Positions 20,554 to 30,690 of a stretch of 64,000 nt of DNA are shown here, in pieces. The notes beneath the pieces are model-generated. The model had not been told where the DNA came from. It did not search any database and was given only the letters and a program-made list of their open reading frames with translations. A program made the position numbers and the translations under genes. The stretch spans positions 4,128,001 to 4,192,000 of the forward strand of contig OY764216.1 in NCBI GenBank assembly GCA_963668315.1, in the 5' to 3' direction. This DNA comes from Spirochaetia bacterium. Its GTDB lineage: Bacteria > Spirochaetota > Spirochaetia > DSM-2461. Each line of letters opens with the position of its first letter. Position 1 is the first letter of the stretch.

Positions 20554-21714
20554 TTACAGGGATATGTCTCTTCTTCCCCTGACGAAAATGGCCAGCCCTA
20601 TGATGAATGCCGCGGTGGAAATACCACCCGCCACCCAGGCGAGGGAGAGAACCGAGAGAAAGCTTATGACCAAGCCTCCCGCTGCGGCCCCCAGGGCAAA
20701 GCCCAGCTGATTTGCCGACGATCCTATGCTGATCATAATCCCCGAGGCCTCGGGTGCGATGATAATGAGGTTTAAACTGAATGTCTGCCCGGTCATCCAT
20801 CCGGCGAATATCCACCCGAGCAGAAAGAGAACCGTCAGCAGATCGGAGGATGAAGAGAAAAAGACGAGCATCAGAAAGAGGGCCTGCGACGCCGTTCCCA
20901 GGACCAGCGTGCCCATCGGTCCGATTCGCCCCACGAGAAATCCCCCCGCCTTCGATCCGAAAAAACAGGATACACCCAGCGCCATGAGAACCAGGCTCGT
21001 GCCTCCTCCGAGACGGGGGCTTACCCCGTTAAGGTAGGGGGCTATATAGGTGAAGATCATGGAGTAGCTGATAAAGGTCACGGTACAGGCCAGGAGTATG
21101 GCGAGTATTTTTCCCTTTCCCAGATAGGAGAGCTGTTTTCTCAGCGGAGCGACCGCCGCCACGGCCGTGGAGGGAAGCAGACGAAAAGCCGCAGCGATCA
21201 GGAGGAGCAGCAGTACGGCGAGGCCGGTGAAAACGACCTGCCAGCTGAACAGATTCGTCACGAATCGGCTGGCGGGCATACCGAAGATCAAGGCCACACT
21301 CGCTCCCAGGGCCAGGTCGAAAAGCGCTTTCCCCCTCTCCTCGGGCGGAACGATATTGGTAATAATGTCCGTACCGGCGACAATGGCGACGCCCGACGCC
21401 AGGCCTATGAAGACTCTGACGATCAGCAGCATGGGAAATCCCCGGGACCCGATGGTGAACAGGGTTCCCGCGAGGAGTACGCTCAAGGCGATGAGAAACA
21501 ATCTCCTCCGATCCAGACGGGCCCCGGCGATAACAAGGAGGGGCGTCCCTACGGCAAAGGCGATAGCGTAAGCGGTGTTGACCTGACCGGCCAGGGCCAC
21601 GGAAACATCAAAGGCCGCGGCGATATTATCAAGAATGCTGGCCATGACGAATTGCTGCATACTCACAAGAAAATAGGTACAGGCCACCAGAAATATCTGA
21701 GATTTGTTTTTCAT
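20554..21714 (-). CDS. MFS transporter (DHA1/PbuE-like)
   Basis: About 12 hydrophobic segments; ARLDRRRL motif A-like; VPPEERGKA. Confidence 0.85.
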   Translation of the reverse strand: MKNKSQIFLVACTYFLVSMQQFVMASILDNIAAAFDVSVALAGQVNTAYAIAFAVGTPLLVIAGARLDRRRLFLIALSVLLAGTLFTIGSRGFPMLLIVRVFIGLASGVAIVAGTDIITNIVPPEERGKALFDLALGASVALIFGMPASRFVTNLFSWQVVFTGLAVLLLLLIAAAFRLLPSTAVAAVAPLRKQLSYLGKGKILAILLACTVTFISYSMIFTYIAPYLNGVSPRLGGGTSLVLMALGVSCFFGSKAGGFLVGRIGPMGTLVLGTASQALFLMLVFFSSSSDLLTVLFLLGWIFAGWMTGQTFSLNLIIIAPEASGIMISIGSSANQLGFALGAAAGGLVISFLSVLSLAWVAGGISTAAFIIGLAIFVRGRRDISL

Positions 21715-21825
21715 TTGTACTCCCCGATGACAATAATAAATCCAAATTTGAAAAAAGGAACAGATTATTTTCTCCGAATCCTGCTCTTTTCCCCGGATAT
21801 TCGCGTTTTCCGTCCCTTCCGGGAG

Positions 21826-23358
21826 CTATTTGTCTTTCATGATGGTGTCCATGGCGCCGTCCCTTTCCTGAACGCCTTCCATGGGAACGCCGTTATTGTA
21901 GTCGTAGAAGGGTATCCCCGAACCGTTATCCGGCTTGGGCCTTTCCGGGCCGCTCCAGTCGTCCCGTTCCGAACGGCTCCAGTATCTTCTGACCCAGTGG
22001 CTGCCCCGGAAAGAGTCGCGGATAGCGTCCATATGCTCAATCAGCAGGCCATGGAGCTCGTCCCGAATACCGGCGGAGGCGGGATCTTCGATGAGGTTGA
22101 CCATCTCCTCCGGATCGGTCTCCAGATTATAGAGTTCGTCCCTGTCCATCAGATGAAGAGTCAGCTTCCAGCTCCCCCGGACGATGCTCCGGTTGGGCTG
22201 GAACGCACCGAAACCATCATGGCCCGTCTCATAGCGGGTGTACTCCATGAAGGCGGTCCGGTTATCATCCCGCCTGCCATCCCGCACGTGGGGGACAAGG
22301 CTCTCCCCCTCCAGATTATCCGCCGCCGGAAGGCCCGCGTAATCCAGCATGGTGGGAATCAGATCCAGATGGCTGACCACCGTATCGTTCACTCCGGGGG
22401 TGACGAGAGAGGGCGGACCGTTAAAGATAAAGGGAATATGGGTGATCTCCTCGAAGGCGGCGGGGCCCTTGATGTTCAGCCGGTGGGCTCCGTGCATCTC
22501 CCCGTGATCGGCGGTGTAAATAATGATCGTATTATCGGGGCAGACCCGCTTCACGCAGTCGATAACCCGGCCGGCCTCATAATCGGCATAGCTGTTGCAG
22601 GCGAAATAGAAGGGATTCCGGAAGACAGGTGAAGGTGTTGATACGCCGAATACCGATTCGGCCCACTCCCGGTAATGGGCCGGCTTGTCCTCCAGGCTGT
22701 CGAAGGCCGAATCCCCCAGGGCGTATTCGTAGTCGGCGAACTCCCTCAGATAGCCGGGGGGACAGGTCCAGGGGTGATGGGGCTCGTCGTAGGAGACCAC
22801 CAGAAGAAAGGGATTATCCCTCTTCTTCCCGATAAAATCGATGGCTCTGGTGCCGCTCCGATGGGCCCAGCAGAACTCCTCGTCTATGCCGTGAGCCCTC
22901 AGGTCTTCTTCGCTGGTCAATCCCTTTCGCCAGAGGATTTTTTCCTCATCGCTCAGGCTGTCCAGATAGTTTTTCCCGTCGAACCAGTAGTCGGCGTCCC
23001 AGCCTTCGGGGCAGAGACCGTTTCCGAAGTAGTCGTGCCCGTCCAGATGCCATTTCCCCACATAACCGCAATCGTATCCGGCGGAGGAGAAAATTTGCCC
23101 CATGGTCCGGACGTCCTCGCCCAGGGCCGGTCCGTTGGTGTAGACCCCCGTATTGACGGGCATCATCCCCGTGAAGATTCCCGCCCGGGCCGGCGAACAG
23201 AGGGGACAGGACGTGTAGGCGCGGGTAAACCTGACCCCTTCCTCAGACAGCTTGTCCAGATTCGGGGTTTTCAACTCCCGGCCCTTTCCGTAGGCGCCGA
23301 CCAGATCGGCTCCCTGGGTATCGGTCATGATCAATACGATATTGGGGGATTCTGCCAT
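21826..23358 (-). CDS. Cys-type sulfatase (cytoplasmic, YidJ-like)
   Basis: PNIVLIMTD, CSPARAGIFTG (CxPxR), GKWHL, ADHGEM, ELYNLETDPEEMVNL. Confidence 0.92.
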   Translation of the reverse strand: MAESPNIVLIMTDTQGADLVGAYGKGRELKTPNLDKLSEEGVRFTRAYTSCPLCSPARAGIFTGMMPVNTGVYTNGPALGEDVRTMGQIFSSAGYDCGYVGKWHLDGHDYFGNGLCPEGWDADYWFDGKNYLDSLSDEEKILWRKGLTSEEDLRAHGIDEEFCWAHRSGTRAIDFIGKKRDNPFLLVVSYDEPHHPWTCPPGYLREFADYEYALGDSAFDSLEDKPAHYREWAESVFGVSTPSPVFRNPFYFACNSYADYEAGRVIDCVKRVCPDNTIIIYTADHGEMHGAHRLNIKGPAAFEEITHIPFIFNGPPSLVTPGVNDTVVSHLDLIPTMLDYAGLPAADNLEGESLVPHVRDGRRDDNRTAFMEYTRYETGHDGFGAFQPNRSIVRGSWKLTLHLMDRDELYNLETDPEEMVNLIEDPASAGIRDELHGLLIEHMDAIRDSFRGSHWVRRYWSRSERDDWSGPERPKPDNGSGIPFYDYNNGVPMEGVQERDGAMDTIMKDK

Positions 23359-23433
23359 AAGACACTCCTTTGGATGATAACGTGAAAATTGTAATTTATT
23401 TATGCCGTTGAGAAAATACGCGGTCCCCCAAGG

Positions 23434-23497
23434 GTCAAGAATTCCCCACAGATGTCAAGAATTTGCCATTTTCGCCTAAGCCTTTTGGCTATAAGGT
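23434..23497 (+). promoter_or_regulatory. Direct-repeat activator box with -10, upstream of the esterase
   Basis: GTCAAGAAT at 23434 and 23454 (20-bp period); -10-like TAAGGT 38 bp after the second repeat. Confidence 0.65.
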
Positions 23498-23525
23498 GAA
23501 TGAAGACGCTAAGGTGAGGTAGATT

Positions 23526-24431
23526 ATGTTAAGCAAGGAAATTCAGGATGCCATAGAGATGTTCCGGAAGCAGAAGGAAGCATCAAAGGGCCGGGCCATC
23601 ACCCCGGAAGGAGCCCTGGAAGCCCGGAAAAATATCGATAATATCCTGGGGAACCGGCCGAACGGCAAAGGTATCACCGTGGAAGAAGTCAGGACGCCCC
23701 GGGTTACCGGCGAATTTTACCACTACGACGAGAGCGATCCGGACAAGCTCAAGGGGAAGGTCCTCCTTTACATACACGGGGGCGGCTTCATGACCGGTTC
23801 CGTTCTCTCGCGCAGAAAAAATTGTCATAACCTTCTGGAACAGGCCAGAATGGACGCCTTTTCCGTGGAATACGGCCAGTGGCCGGAAGCGGAGCATCCC
23901 CGGGGCCTGGACGACTGCGTGGCCGCCTACCGCTGGCTTCGGGGCAAAGGATACGAAGGAAAGGACATCTACTTCTACGGGGGGTCCGCCGGAGCCATGC
24001 TCACCCTCACCTCCATTCTGTACCTGAAAGATCACGGCGAGGAACTTCCGGGGAAAGCCCTGGTGTTCTCGCCGGTGGCCGGGCAGGACATGGATCTTCC
24101 CTCTCACACAGAGCTGGACGACAGGGATCCCATGATCAGCTACGAACCGGTCATTCCCTACTATGAAAAGGCCGATTTCACAAGCCCCTATGTCTCCCCC
24201 GGCTACGGCGACTACCGGGGATTTCCCGAACTGGCCATTCATGCGGGAAGCGAAGAGGTCCTTCTGGATGACGCGAAGCTGATCTACAGCCTCTGTGAGA
24301 AAGCGGGAGTGAAGGTGTCCCTGAAAATCTGGGAAGGCCTTTTCCACGTGTTCACCCTGGTCGATTCCCCCGAATCGGAGGAAGCAACGAGGGAATTCGC
24401 CCGGTTTTTCAGAAACGAAGATAATGTTTGA
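23526..24431 (+). CDS. Alpha/beta hydrolase, hormone-sensitive-lipase-family esterase
   Basis: YIHGGGF oxyanion motif, GGSAGA nucleophile elbow, EVLLDD and GLFHVF. Confidence 0.9.
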   Translation: MLSKEIQDAIEMFRKQKEASKGRAITPEGALEARKNIDNILGNRPNGKGITVEEVRTPRVTGEFYHYDESDPDKLKGKVLLYIHGGGFMTGSVLSRRKNCHNLLEQARMDAFSVEYGQWPEAEHPRGLDDCVAAYRWLRGKGYEGKDIYFYGGSAGAMLTLTSILYLKDHGEELPGKALVFSPVAGQDMDLPSHTELDDRDPMISYEPVIPYYEKADFTSPYVSPGYGDYRGFPELAIHAGSEEVLLDDAKLIYSLCEKAGVKVSLKIWEGLFHVFTLVDSPESEEATREFARFFRNEDNV

Positions 24432-24478
24432 AAGAATTGACAATATTTTGTTGAGATGCGGGTAATCCGGTAATAATC

Positions 24479-24515
24479 GCTCTCCCTCTATTCGGATAAC
24501 GAATAGAAGGAGGGC
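24479..24515 (+). promoter_or_regulatory. Hairpin sequestering the RBS of the transposase-like gene
   Basis: GCTCTCCCTCTATTCG-gataa-CGAATAGAAGGAGGGC stem contains AGGAGG, just before the TTG start. Confidence 0.6.
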
Positions 24516-24519
24516 TGAT

Positions 24520-25620
24520 TTGAAAGAAGAAATCTACTGCCCCAACCCCCAATGCAGGAATCATAATAATCCGCCGACTGGTAAGGTTTGGTTTTGGAAG
24601 AAAGGCTTTGCTTTCACAAAAAGAGACGGGAAAGTACAGCGTTTTCAGTGCAAGGAGTGTTTGAAAACATTCTCCCTATCTTATTTCACCATAGATCATT
24701 GTGTTCATAAGCGTCTGTCCTGTGCCAGGATACTAAGCCATCTCATCAGCGGGTCGGGAATCCGGGATATGGCCCGGGCCATGAACTGTTCTCCCCATAT
24801 GATAACCCACCGCTTACAACGTCTTTCCCAACGAATTACTTCTGTATGCGCAGAAGAAATCAACTCTCTTAAGCTCTCCGAATCGATGGCAGCCGACGGT
24901 TTGGAGAACTTTATCCTATCCCAATACTTCCCCACCAACGTGAATATTCTGGTTGGAAAACGCTCTCAGTTCATCTATACCTTCAATGCCTTTCACTTCA
25001 AGCGAAAAGGAACTTGTACAGACGAACAAAAGAGAAAGAAGCAAGATCTCTATGAAAAAGCCAGGTTTGAGAAGAGAGCGGCGTCCCGTCGATTTCGGGA
25101 AATCCTGGATTTTCTTTCACAGAAGGCAGAACAATCTTCCATGACTTCCCTTATCCTTGATACGGACGAGCATCCAATCTACCGTTATCAATTTGACCAT
25201 AATGAATCCCTTTCCCCTAAGATTATCCATAGAAAGACAAACTCTCGAGTTGAGAGAAATTATCAGAATAAACTATTTCCTTGTAATTATATAGATCGTC
25301 AGATAAGAAAGGACTTGGCTGAATATATAAGAGAAACGGTACAGTTCGGGAGAAACATGAATAACAGTATGGACAGGTTTACCTGCTACTGCTTTTGGCA
25401 TAATTTCATGAAGCCCCATCGCATAAACAAGAGCAAGAGAAAATATGAGTATCATAGCCAGGCGGCCGGGTTCTCAGTACAGGAAACGAATAAGATTGTC
25501 TGGGAAGTTTTTCATGGGGTGAAGAAGAGAGAGAAGGATTTTATGGGATTCCTCACCGAGTATCAGAAAGCTCATTGGGAGAGAGATCTGGTAAATCCTC
25601 TGAATAGAAGGGCTGTCTAG
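24520..25620 (+). mobile_element. IS1/IS1595-like transposase gene (Zn ribbon, HTH, RNase H-like domain)
   Basis: CPNPQC...QRFQCKECLKTFS zinc ribbon; GSGIRDMARAMNCS HTH; acidic motifs ADG, DTDEH and NYIDRQIR; WHNFMKPH tail; more AT-rich than its neighbours; no clean terminal inverted repeats. Confidence 0.7.
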
Positions 25621-25660
25621 GAAGGGAGGAATGTATAGGGTTGGGAACATTCCCCGAAAG

Positions 25661-25687
25661 GAGGGACTCTCCCTAAGAGAGCCCCTC
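25661..25687. terminator. Stem-loop between the convergent transposase and porin-like genes
   Basis: GAGGGACTCTC-cctaa-GAGAGCCCCTC inverted repeat. Confidence 0.45.
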
Positions 25688-25720
25688 GCAAAAACCAAAA
25701 TAGTCCTTTCTATGCCTGAT

Positions 25721-26803
25721 TTACTGTGGTATAAACATAGTAATGGTAATGGGTACGGACCAGTATGAACTGGCGGAATCATCAAGATTGACTACATATT
25801 TATATCCCACATTCAAATCTGCGAAGGGTACGACATCGGCCTTCATGATGTACTGGGGATGTACCACGACGAGATTGTCCATCGAACCGCCTTCAAAACT
25901 GCCTTCCCCGAAGTTATCGGTATAGCGGAGATCCAGACGGGCGACATCCTTGTTAACCGGTACATCCGTGCGAAGAGCCAGGGAGTAGACCGGATCCACA
26001 TCGGATAAGGCTACCACATTCTCCGTAGTCATGACGAAGTCGTCAGCGGCATAGCTGAGTTCCACGCCGATTCTGGATTGTGTCGCACCGGATTTATAGG
26101 TGTAATCAAAGCCGGCTCCGGCGGATACCCTTTCAATGAAACCGGGTGCCGTTTTGAAGTTGGCGAAGAAACTCTCCTTGTATCCATTGTAACCACCGAT
26201 TATCCTACCCATACCATCCAGATCGTACTGCACAGCGGCTTCTACCTTCTGTATGGCAGTGGCTGTTTTATAATACGTACCGGGTGCTGTTTCAAGAATT
26301 GGGTAATATAGACCTGCCGCGAGCCCCTGAACAGGTGACACTTTTGTCATCAGTCCCATATCACGATCTTTTCCCATTTTTCTCGTGATGTAATCCTGAC
26401 TGGTAACCGGACCTCTCAGAATAAAACTCTCATCTTCGAATTTTCCGATGGCCGTAAAGAGTTTTCGGTCGAAGAGGGAAATGTGGAGGTCATAGGTCCA
26501 GGGCTGATAAGCGGCACTATTCGGAATACCAGGGACATAGTCACCGCTGTATACAGCCCCCTTGTAGTTGACTCCCGAACCATTCGCATCGGCACCGAAT
26601 CCCCCAATTCCCATAAACAGGTTGTTGTTCGTAGTAGCCTCATCTCCGTCAACGGATTTGGCAACTTCAACCGTCGTCTCAAAGTAGCCGGAAAGGGTGA
26701 GGCTCGGTAATTTTGCAGGTCCCTGATCCGCAGGCGCATCCTGTGCAGACAACATGGTGGCCGCCATCAAACCGGTAAGCAACACTGAAAGAATTTTTTT
26801 CAT
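25721..26803 (-). CDS. Hypothetical exported protein, probable outer-membrane beta-barrel/porin
   Basis: Sec signal peptide (MKKILSVLLTGLMAATMLSA); many alternating amphipathic strands; C-terminal YWSVPITITMF strand. Confidence 0.6.
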   Translation of the reverse strand: MKKILSVLLTGLMAATMLSAQDAPADQGPAKLPSLTLSGYFETTVEVAKSVDGDEATTNNNLFMGIGGFGADANGSGVNYKGAVYSGDYVPGIPNSAAYQPWTYDLHISLFDRKLFTAIGKFEDESFILRGPVTSQDYITRKMGKDRDMGLMTKVSPVQGLAAGLYYPILETAPGTYYKTATAIQKVEAAVQYDLDGMGRIIGGYNGYKESFFANFKTAPGFIERVSAGAGFDYTYKSGATQSRIGVELSYAADDFVMTTENVVALSDVDPVYSLALRTDVPVNKDVARLDLRYTDNFGEGSFEGGSMDNLVVVHPQYIMKADVVPFADLNVGYKYVVNLDDSASSYWSVPITITMFIPQ

Positions 26804-26844
26804 AAAATCTCCTTTTTTCATTTCACGATGATCGTGTGAAAACC

Positions 26845-26909
26845 ATTATAGGGAGGATTTTCTATACCGGGATATAGGAATTAATTGACATTACTATTCA
26901 TATATTGAC
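26845..26909 (-). promoter_or_regulatory. Direct-repeat activator box with -10, upstream of the porin-like gene
   Basis: Minus-strand GTCAAT starting at 26909 and 26889 (20-bp period); TATAAT at 26850-26845. Confidence 0.65.
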
Positions 26910-26966
26910 ATATTTGAATACATTTTAATTCTTTTTATTATAACGATTTCCAACATTTAAAAAATA

Positions 26967-27030
26967 GTCAAGAAATCAACACAAAAATCAATAAATTACA
27001 ATTTTCTATCTTTTATGTCAGGTTTATTCT
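26967..27030 (+). promoter_or_regulatory. Direct-repeat activator box with -10, upstream of the sensor kinase
   Basis: GTCAAGAAA at 26967 and ATCAATAAA at 26987 (20-bp period); TATTCT at 27025-27030. Confidence 0.6.
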
Positions 27031-27077
27031 TATAAAGTCTGTGCCTAATCAAAGAATCCATATTACAATGTATTGTC

Positions 27078-28769
27078 ATGTCAAATAAACGAAACATCAG
27101 CGTATTTAACAGGCTCTTTGCCATCCATACTTTACTTCTCATTCTTATCTACCTTCTGTCGGTGGCTTTTTTTCTCAATAATATCAGGCAATCGTCCCAG
27201 GGAATGGTGGAATCGAAAAGAATTCAGACGAAAATGTTCCTTGCCAATCTGGAACAGCAGCTGGACAGTATTTACAGCCAGGAAGTAAGCCTGGCCAATT
27301 CGGCTATTATGTCAACGCTGGCCTATGGCTATTACAAAGACAATTACGAAAGGTCCCAGCTTCTTCTGGAAATTCTCAAGACGATTCAGGGAATTCAGAG
27401 CATGAGCCCCCTCATAGAGGAGATTGTCGCCACGTTCCCCTCCCAGGGAATCCGTGTGTCGACAAGGAACGGTTACAATAGAGGTTCCGAATGGGAACAG
27501 GTGGAAAAGGGAGCGGAATACGATTACTTTATCAGTTATGATAACCGAATCATCATGAATTTCACCTATCCCCTCATGTATTCGGAGAACGACAGCTATG
27601 TACCGGACTTCAACATTCAGGTCGTACTGTCACCTGATCAGCTGGAAGGATCTTTGGGTGCTTTCAATGATGGTATAGGAAGCGGTGCCGCTATCCGGTT
27701 CAGGGTGAACAGGGAATATATCATAGAGATTGACGACGGCTCCATAGTTGCCGGTTACTACAGAGGATCGGCTGCCGAATTAAAAGATTATCAGTTCATT
27801 TCATCGGACAGCATGAAGTTTCCTATCTCTGTTGTGGCTTTCATAGACAAACAGGTCTTCAGGGATATTATTATGCAGTATATTACGATTCTGACCATTG
27901 TCATGGTCATCCTGACCTCTTTGTACGCTCTCTCCCTTACCTATACGAAAAGAATCATCATAAAACCCCTGAAAGAGTTGATGGGCGCCTTCGACAAAAT
28001 CCGCGGCGGGGATTTCGAAGTGAGGATCTATCATGAACCACATGACGAGTATAACTACCTCTACGCCGGCTTCAACGATACGGTGACCCATATTCAGGAG
28101 CTGATAGACAATATATATGAGCAGGAAGATCTTATCCAGAATGCCGAGCTTGCCCAGCTGCAGTCCCAGATAAATCCCCACTTTCTATATAACAGCTTCT
28201 TCATTATCAACAGGATGGCCAAGAACGAAGCCTACGACCAGATAACGAGTTTCGTCACATCCCTGGCCCGCTACTACCGCTATATTAATAAGGAAACAAG
28301 CCCGTTCATTCCTCTGGAAAAAGAGATTGAACATATGGCCAATTACATCGATATCCAGCAGATGCGCTTCAGCGACAAGATAAGTGTGGAATTGGCCGAT
28401 CTGCCCCTTGAATACAGGAATATATCCGTTCCGAAACTGATCCTTCAGCCTGTCATAGAGAACGCTTATAACTACGGCCTCGCCGATAAGCTGGAAGACG
28501 GGCTCATTAAGATAAGCTATGAACCGAAGGGAACTCTTTTTACCATTTCCGTGGAAGACAATGGAGAAGAGGCTTCCGACAGGCTGATTGAATCTATGGG
28601 AAACAGCCTGGATGTAGATATCCGGGGTTCGAGCCACGCTCTGGCCAATATCCACAGGAGACTGGTGCTGGCATTTGGAACGCCCTGCGGCGTATCGGTC
28701 GATCGGAGTATTCTCGGGGGAGTTAAAGTCACCCTGATCATAGATATGACATCCCGCCCCGACAGATAA
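27078..28769 (+). CDS. YesM-family sensor histidine kinase
   Basis: LQSQINPHFLYNS, KLILQPVIENA, VEDNG and LANIHRRL motifs; two TM segments and HAMP. Confidence 0.92.
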   Translation: MSNKRNISVFNRLFAIHTLLLILIYLLSVAFFLNNIRQSSQGMVESKRIQTKMFLANLEQQLDSIYSQEVSLANSAIMSTLAYGYYKDNYERSQLLLEILKTIQGIQSMSPLIEEIVATFPSQGIRVSTRNGYNRGSEWEQVEKGAEYDYFISYDNRIIMNFTYPLMYSENDSYVPDFNIQVVLSPDQLEGSLGAFNDGIGSGAAIRFRVNREYIIEIDDGSIVAGYYRGSAAELKDYQFISSDSMKFPISVVAFIDKQVFRDIIMQYITILTIVMVILTSLYALSLTYTKRIIIKPLKELMGAFDKIRGGDFEVRIYHEPHDEYNYLYAGFNDTVTHIQELIDNIYEQEDLIQNAELAQLQSQINPHFLYNSFFIINRMAKNEAYDQITSFVTSLARYYRYINKETSPFIPLEKEIEHMANYIDIQQMRFSDKISVELADLPLEYRNISVPKLILQPVIENAYNYGLADKLEDGLIKISYEPKGTLFTISVEDNGEEASDRLIESMGNSLDVDIRGSSHALANIHRRLVLAFGTPCGVSVDRSILGGVKVTLIIDMTSRPDR

Positions 28770-28794
28770 TAAGATCCGGATTACACTCTTTAAT

Positions 28795-28858
28795 GTCAAT
28801 AATTGAACTCTCATGTCAAGAATCTTTCATAGGCAGGAGAAAGAAGTGGATGTACCAT
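28795..28858 (+). promoter_or_regulatory. Direct-repeat activator box with -10, upstream of the ABC operon
   Basis: GTCAATAAT at 28795 and GTCAAGAAT at 28815 (20-bp period); TACCAT at 28853-28858. Confidence 0.7.
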
Positions 28859-28916
28859 AAATTAGGTAATCGCCATATATAGGATTTTTATTTACGAAAA
28901 GAGAGGAGATTTAACA

Positions 28917-30605
28917 GTGAAAACCTTAGGTAAAAGCAGACTGACCTTCGGGGCCGCGGCCCTCATGCTTTTGTTTGCCCTGCTTCCCGCCGCCGCCAAC
29001 GGGGCACTGGATGAGGAGCAGTCAACCGTAGAGATCGGAGACGTATCCGATCCCATGGCCAAATACGACGAGCCGATAACGGTCTCGACCTATTTTGAAA
29101 TAGAACCGCCCCTTGTAGAGTTCTTTACGAAGGACAGGATCATGAACAACGTGTTCCAGAAGAGATACCGGGAAGAACTCGGCATAAACCTGGAATACAA
29201 ATGGTTTGCCAACCAGTCCGACGAGGACAGCGTCCAGAAAAAGAACATCGCCATTGCCTCCGGAGACATCCCCGATTTCATGATGGTGAACAAGGAACAG
29301 CTCGCCCTTCTCTCCAAAACGGATCTCATTAATAAGGACATGGGCGTCTATTTTGACAAGTACGCCTCCGACCACTTGAAGGAGTGGATGTATCAGGAAG
29401 GCTCCGCCGCCATGGATTCGGCGACTTTCAACGGACAGATTATCGCCATTCCCCAGCTTGACTCTTCCATCGACACGGCTCCTTTCCTCTGGCTCAGAAA
29501 GGACTGGCTCGACAAGCTCGGCCTGGACGTACCGGAGACCATGGACGATCTGTATAAAGTGATGGTCGCCTTCCGGGACAATGACCCCGACGGAAACGGC
29601 AGGGACGATACCATAGGCCTGATACTCCAGAAGGATATCATGTCCACCCGCGGGACTTCCGACGCCGGCGACGGGATCGGCCTTTTCAACGGCTTCGGCG
29701 CCTATCCCCGGGCCTGGGTGGAAAAGGGCGGCGAGCTGGTCTACGGCAGCGTTCAGCCCGAAATGAAGGAAGCCCTGGCCTATATGAACAAACTGTACAG
29801 TGAAGGCCTCATAGAACAGGATTTCGGCGTCAAGGATCTGATGAAAGCCTCTGAGCTGGCCGCTTCCGGTACGGCGGGAGTGCAATACGGCGCCATGTGG
29901 AACGCCATGTGGCCCCTGGGCAGCACCCTGCAGAACAATCCCGAGGCCGATTGGGAGCCCTTTGTGATTCCCTCCGCCACAGGCAAACCGGCTGAACCCC
30001 AGATCAAGCTGAATGTGGTTCTCTATTTCGTGGTGAACAAAAACTGCGAGCATCCCGAAGCCCTCATCAAGCTGCTCAACTTCTTCGTCGAAAAATTCGG
30101 CTTCTCCGACGAGGAAGAGTACGCCAACTACCTTGTCACCGATACGGGGATCCCCAGTTTCGCTCTCCATGACACCATGTTCAAAACCTACAACGCCCTG
30201 AGAAATCTCGAGGCTTACTGGAAAGTAAGCGAGGCCTTCGAAATGAACGATCCCTCCTCCCTGAATGCGGAACAGCTGAATTACTACAACGCCATCGTCA
30301 AGTACAAAGGGGGAGATCTGTCCCTGGCCGGCTCCGATAAGACCTACGGGGAGAACGGCGCCTTTAAAGCGATGGACTACTATTACCAGAATGACCTGTT
30401 CATGATGGATCAGTTCTACGGAGCTCCCACGAACACGATGAAAAGAAAACTGCAGACCATCAAGGACAAGGAGATCGAATACTTCACCAAGGTCATCATG
30501 GGCGTAGAAAGTCTCGATAACTTTGACGATTTTGCCCAGACTCTCGGAACTCTCGGACTCGACCAGATTACCGAAGAAGTCAACGCCTGGTATTCAGGCA
30601 GATAA
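28917..30605 (+). CDS. Oligosaccharide ABC transporter substrate-binding protein (LplA-like)
   Basis: Signal peptide; IASGDIPD and LWLRKDWLDKLGLDVPETMDDL...DPDGNG motifs. Confidence 0.92.
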   Translation: MKTLGKSRLTFGAAALMLLFALLPAAANGALDEEQSTVEIGDVSDPMAKYDEPITVSTYFEIEPPLVEFFTKDRIMNNVFQKRYREELGINLEYKWFANQSDEDSVQKKNIAIASGDIPDFMMVNKEQLALLSKTDLINKDMGVYFDKYASDHLKEWMYQEGSAAMDSATFNGQIIAIPQLDSSIDTAPFLWLRKDWLDKLGLDVPETMDDLYKVMVAFRDNDPDGNGRDDTIGLILQKDIMSTRGTSDAGDGIGLFNGFGAYPRAWVEKGGELVYGSVQPEMKEALAYMNKLYSEGLIEQDFGVKDLMKASELAASGTAGVQYGAMWNAMWPLGSTLQNNPEADWEPFVIPSATGKPAEPQIKLNVVLYFVVNKNCEHPEALIKLLNFFVEKFGFSDEEEYANYLVTDTGIPSFALHDTMFKTYNALRNLEAYWKVSEAFEMNDPSSLNAEQLNYYNAIVKYKGGDLSLAGSDKTYGENGAFKAMDYYYQNDLFMMDQFYGAPTNTMKRKLQTIKDKEIEYFTKVIMGVESLDNFDDFAQTLGTLGLDQITEEVNAWYSGR

Positions 30606-30621
30606 CGGGTTATCCGATGAC

Positions 30622-30651
30622 GGGGCTGATCCTGCGGGTCAGCCCCCATTT
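30622..30651 (+). terminator. Stem-loop after the binding-protein gene
   Basis: GGGGCTGATC-ctgc-GGGTCAGCCCC followed by ATTTT. Confidence 0.6.
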
Positions 30652-30690
30652 TCCCATGTAATCAACCATCTATGAAAAGGAGAGGAAAGC

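Noticed and set aside
24434..25710. Terminal inverted repeats and target duplication for the transposase
   Set aside because: Only a gapped low-identity match was found and no flanking direct repeat, so element ends are not called.
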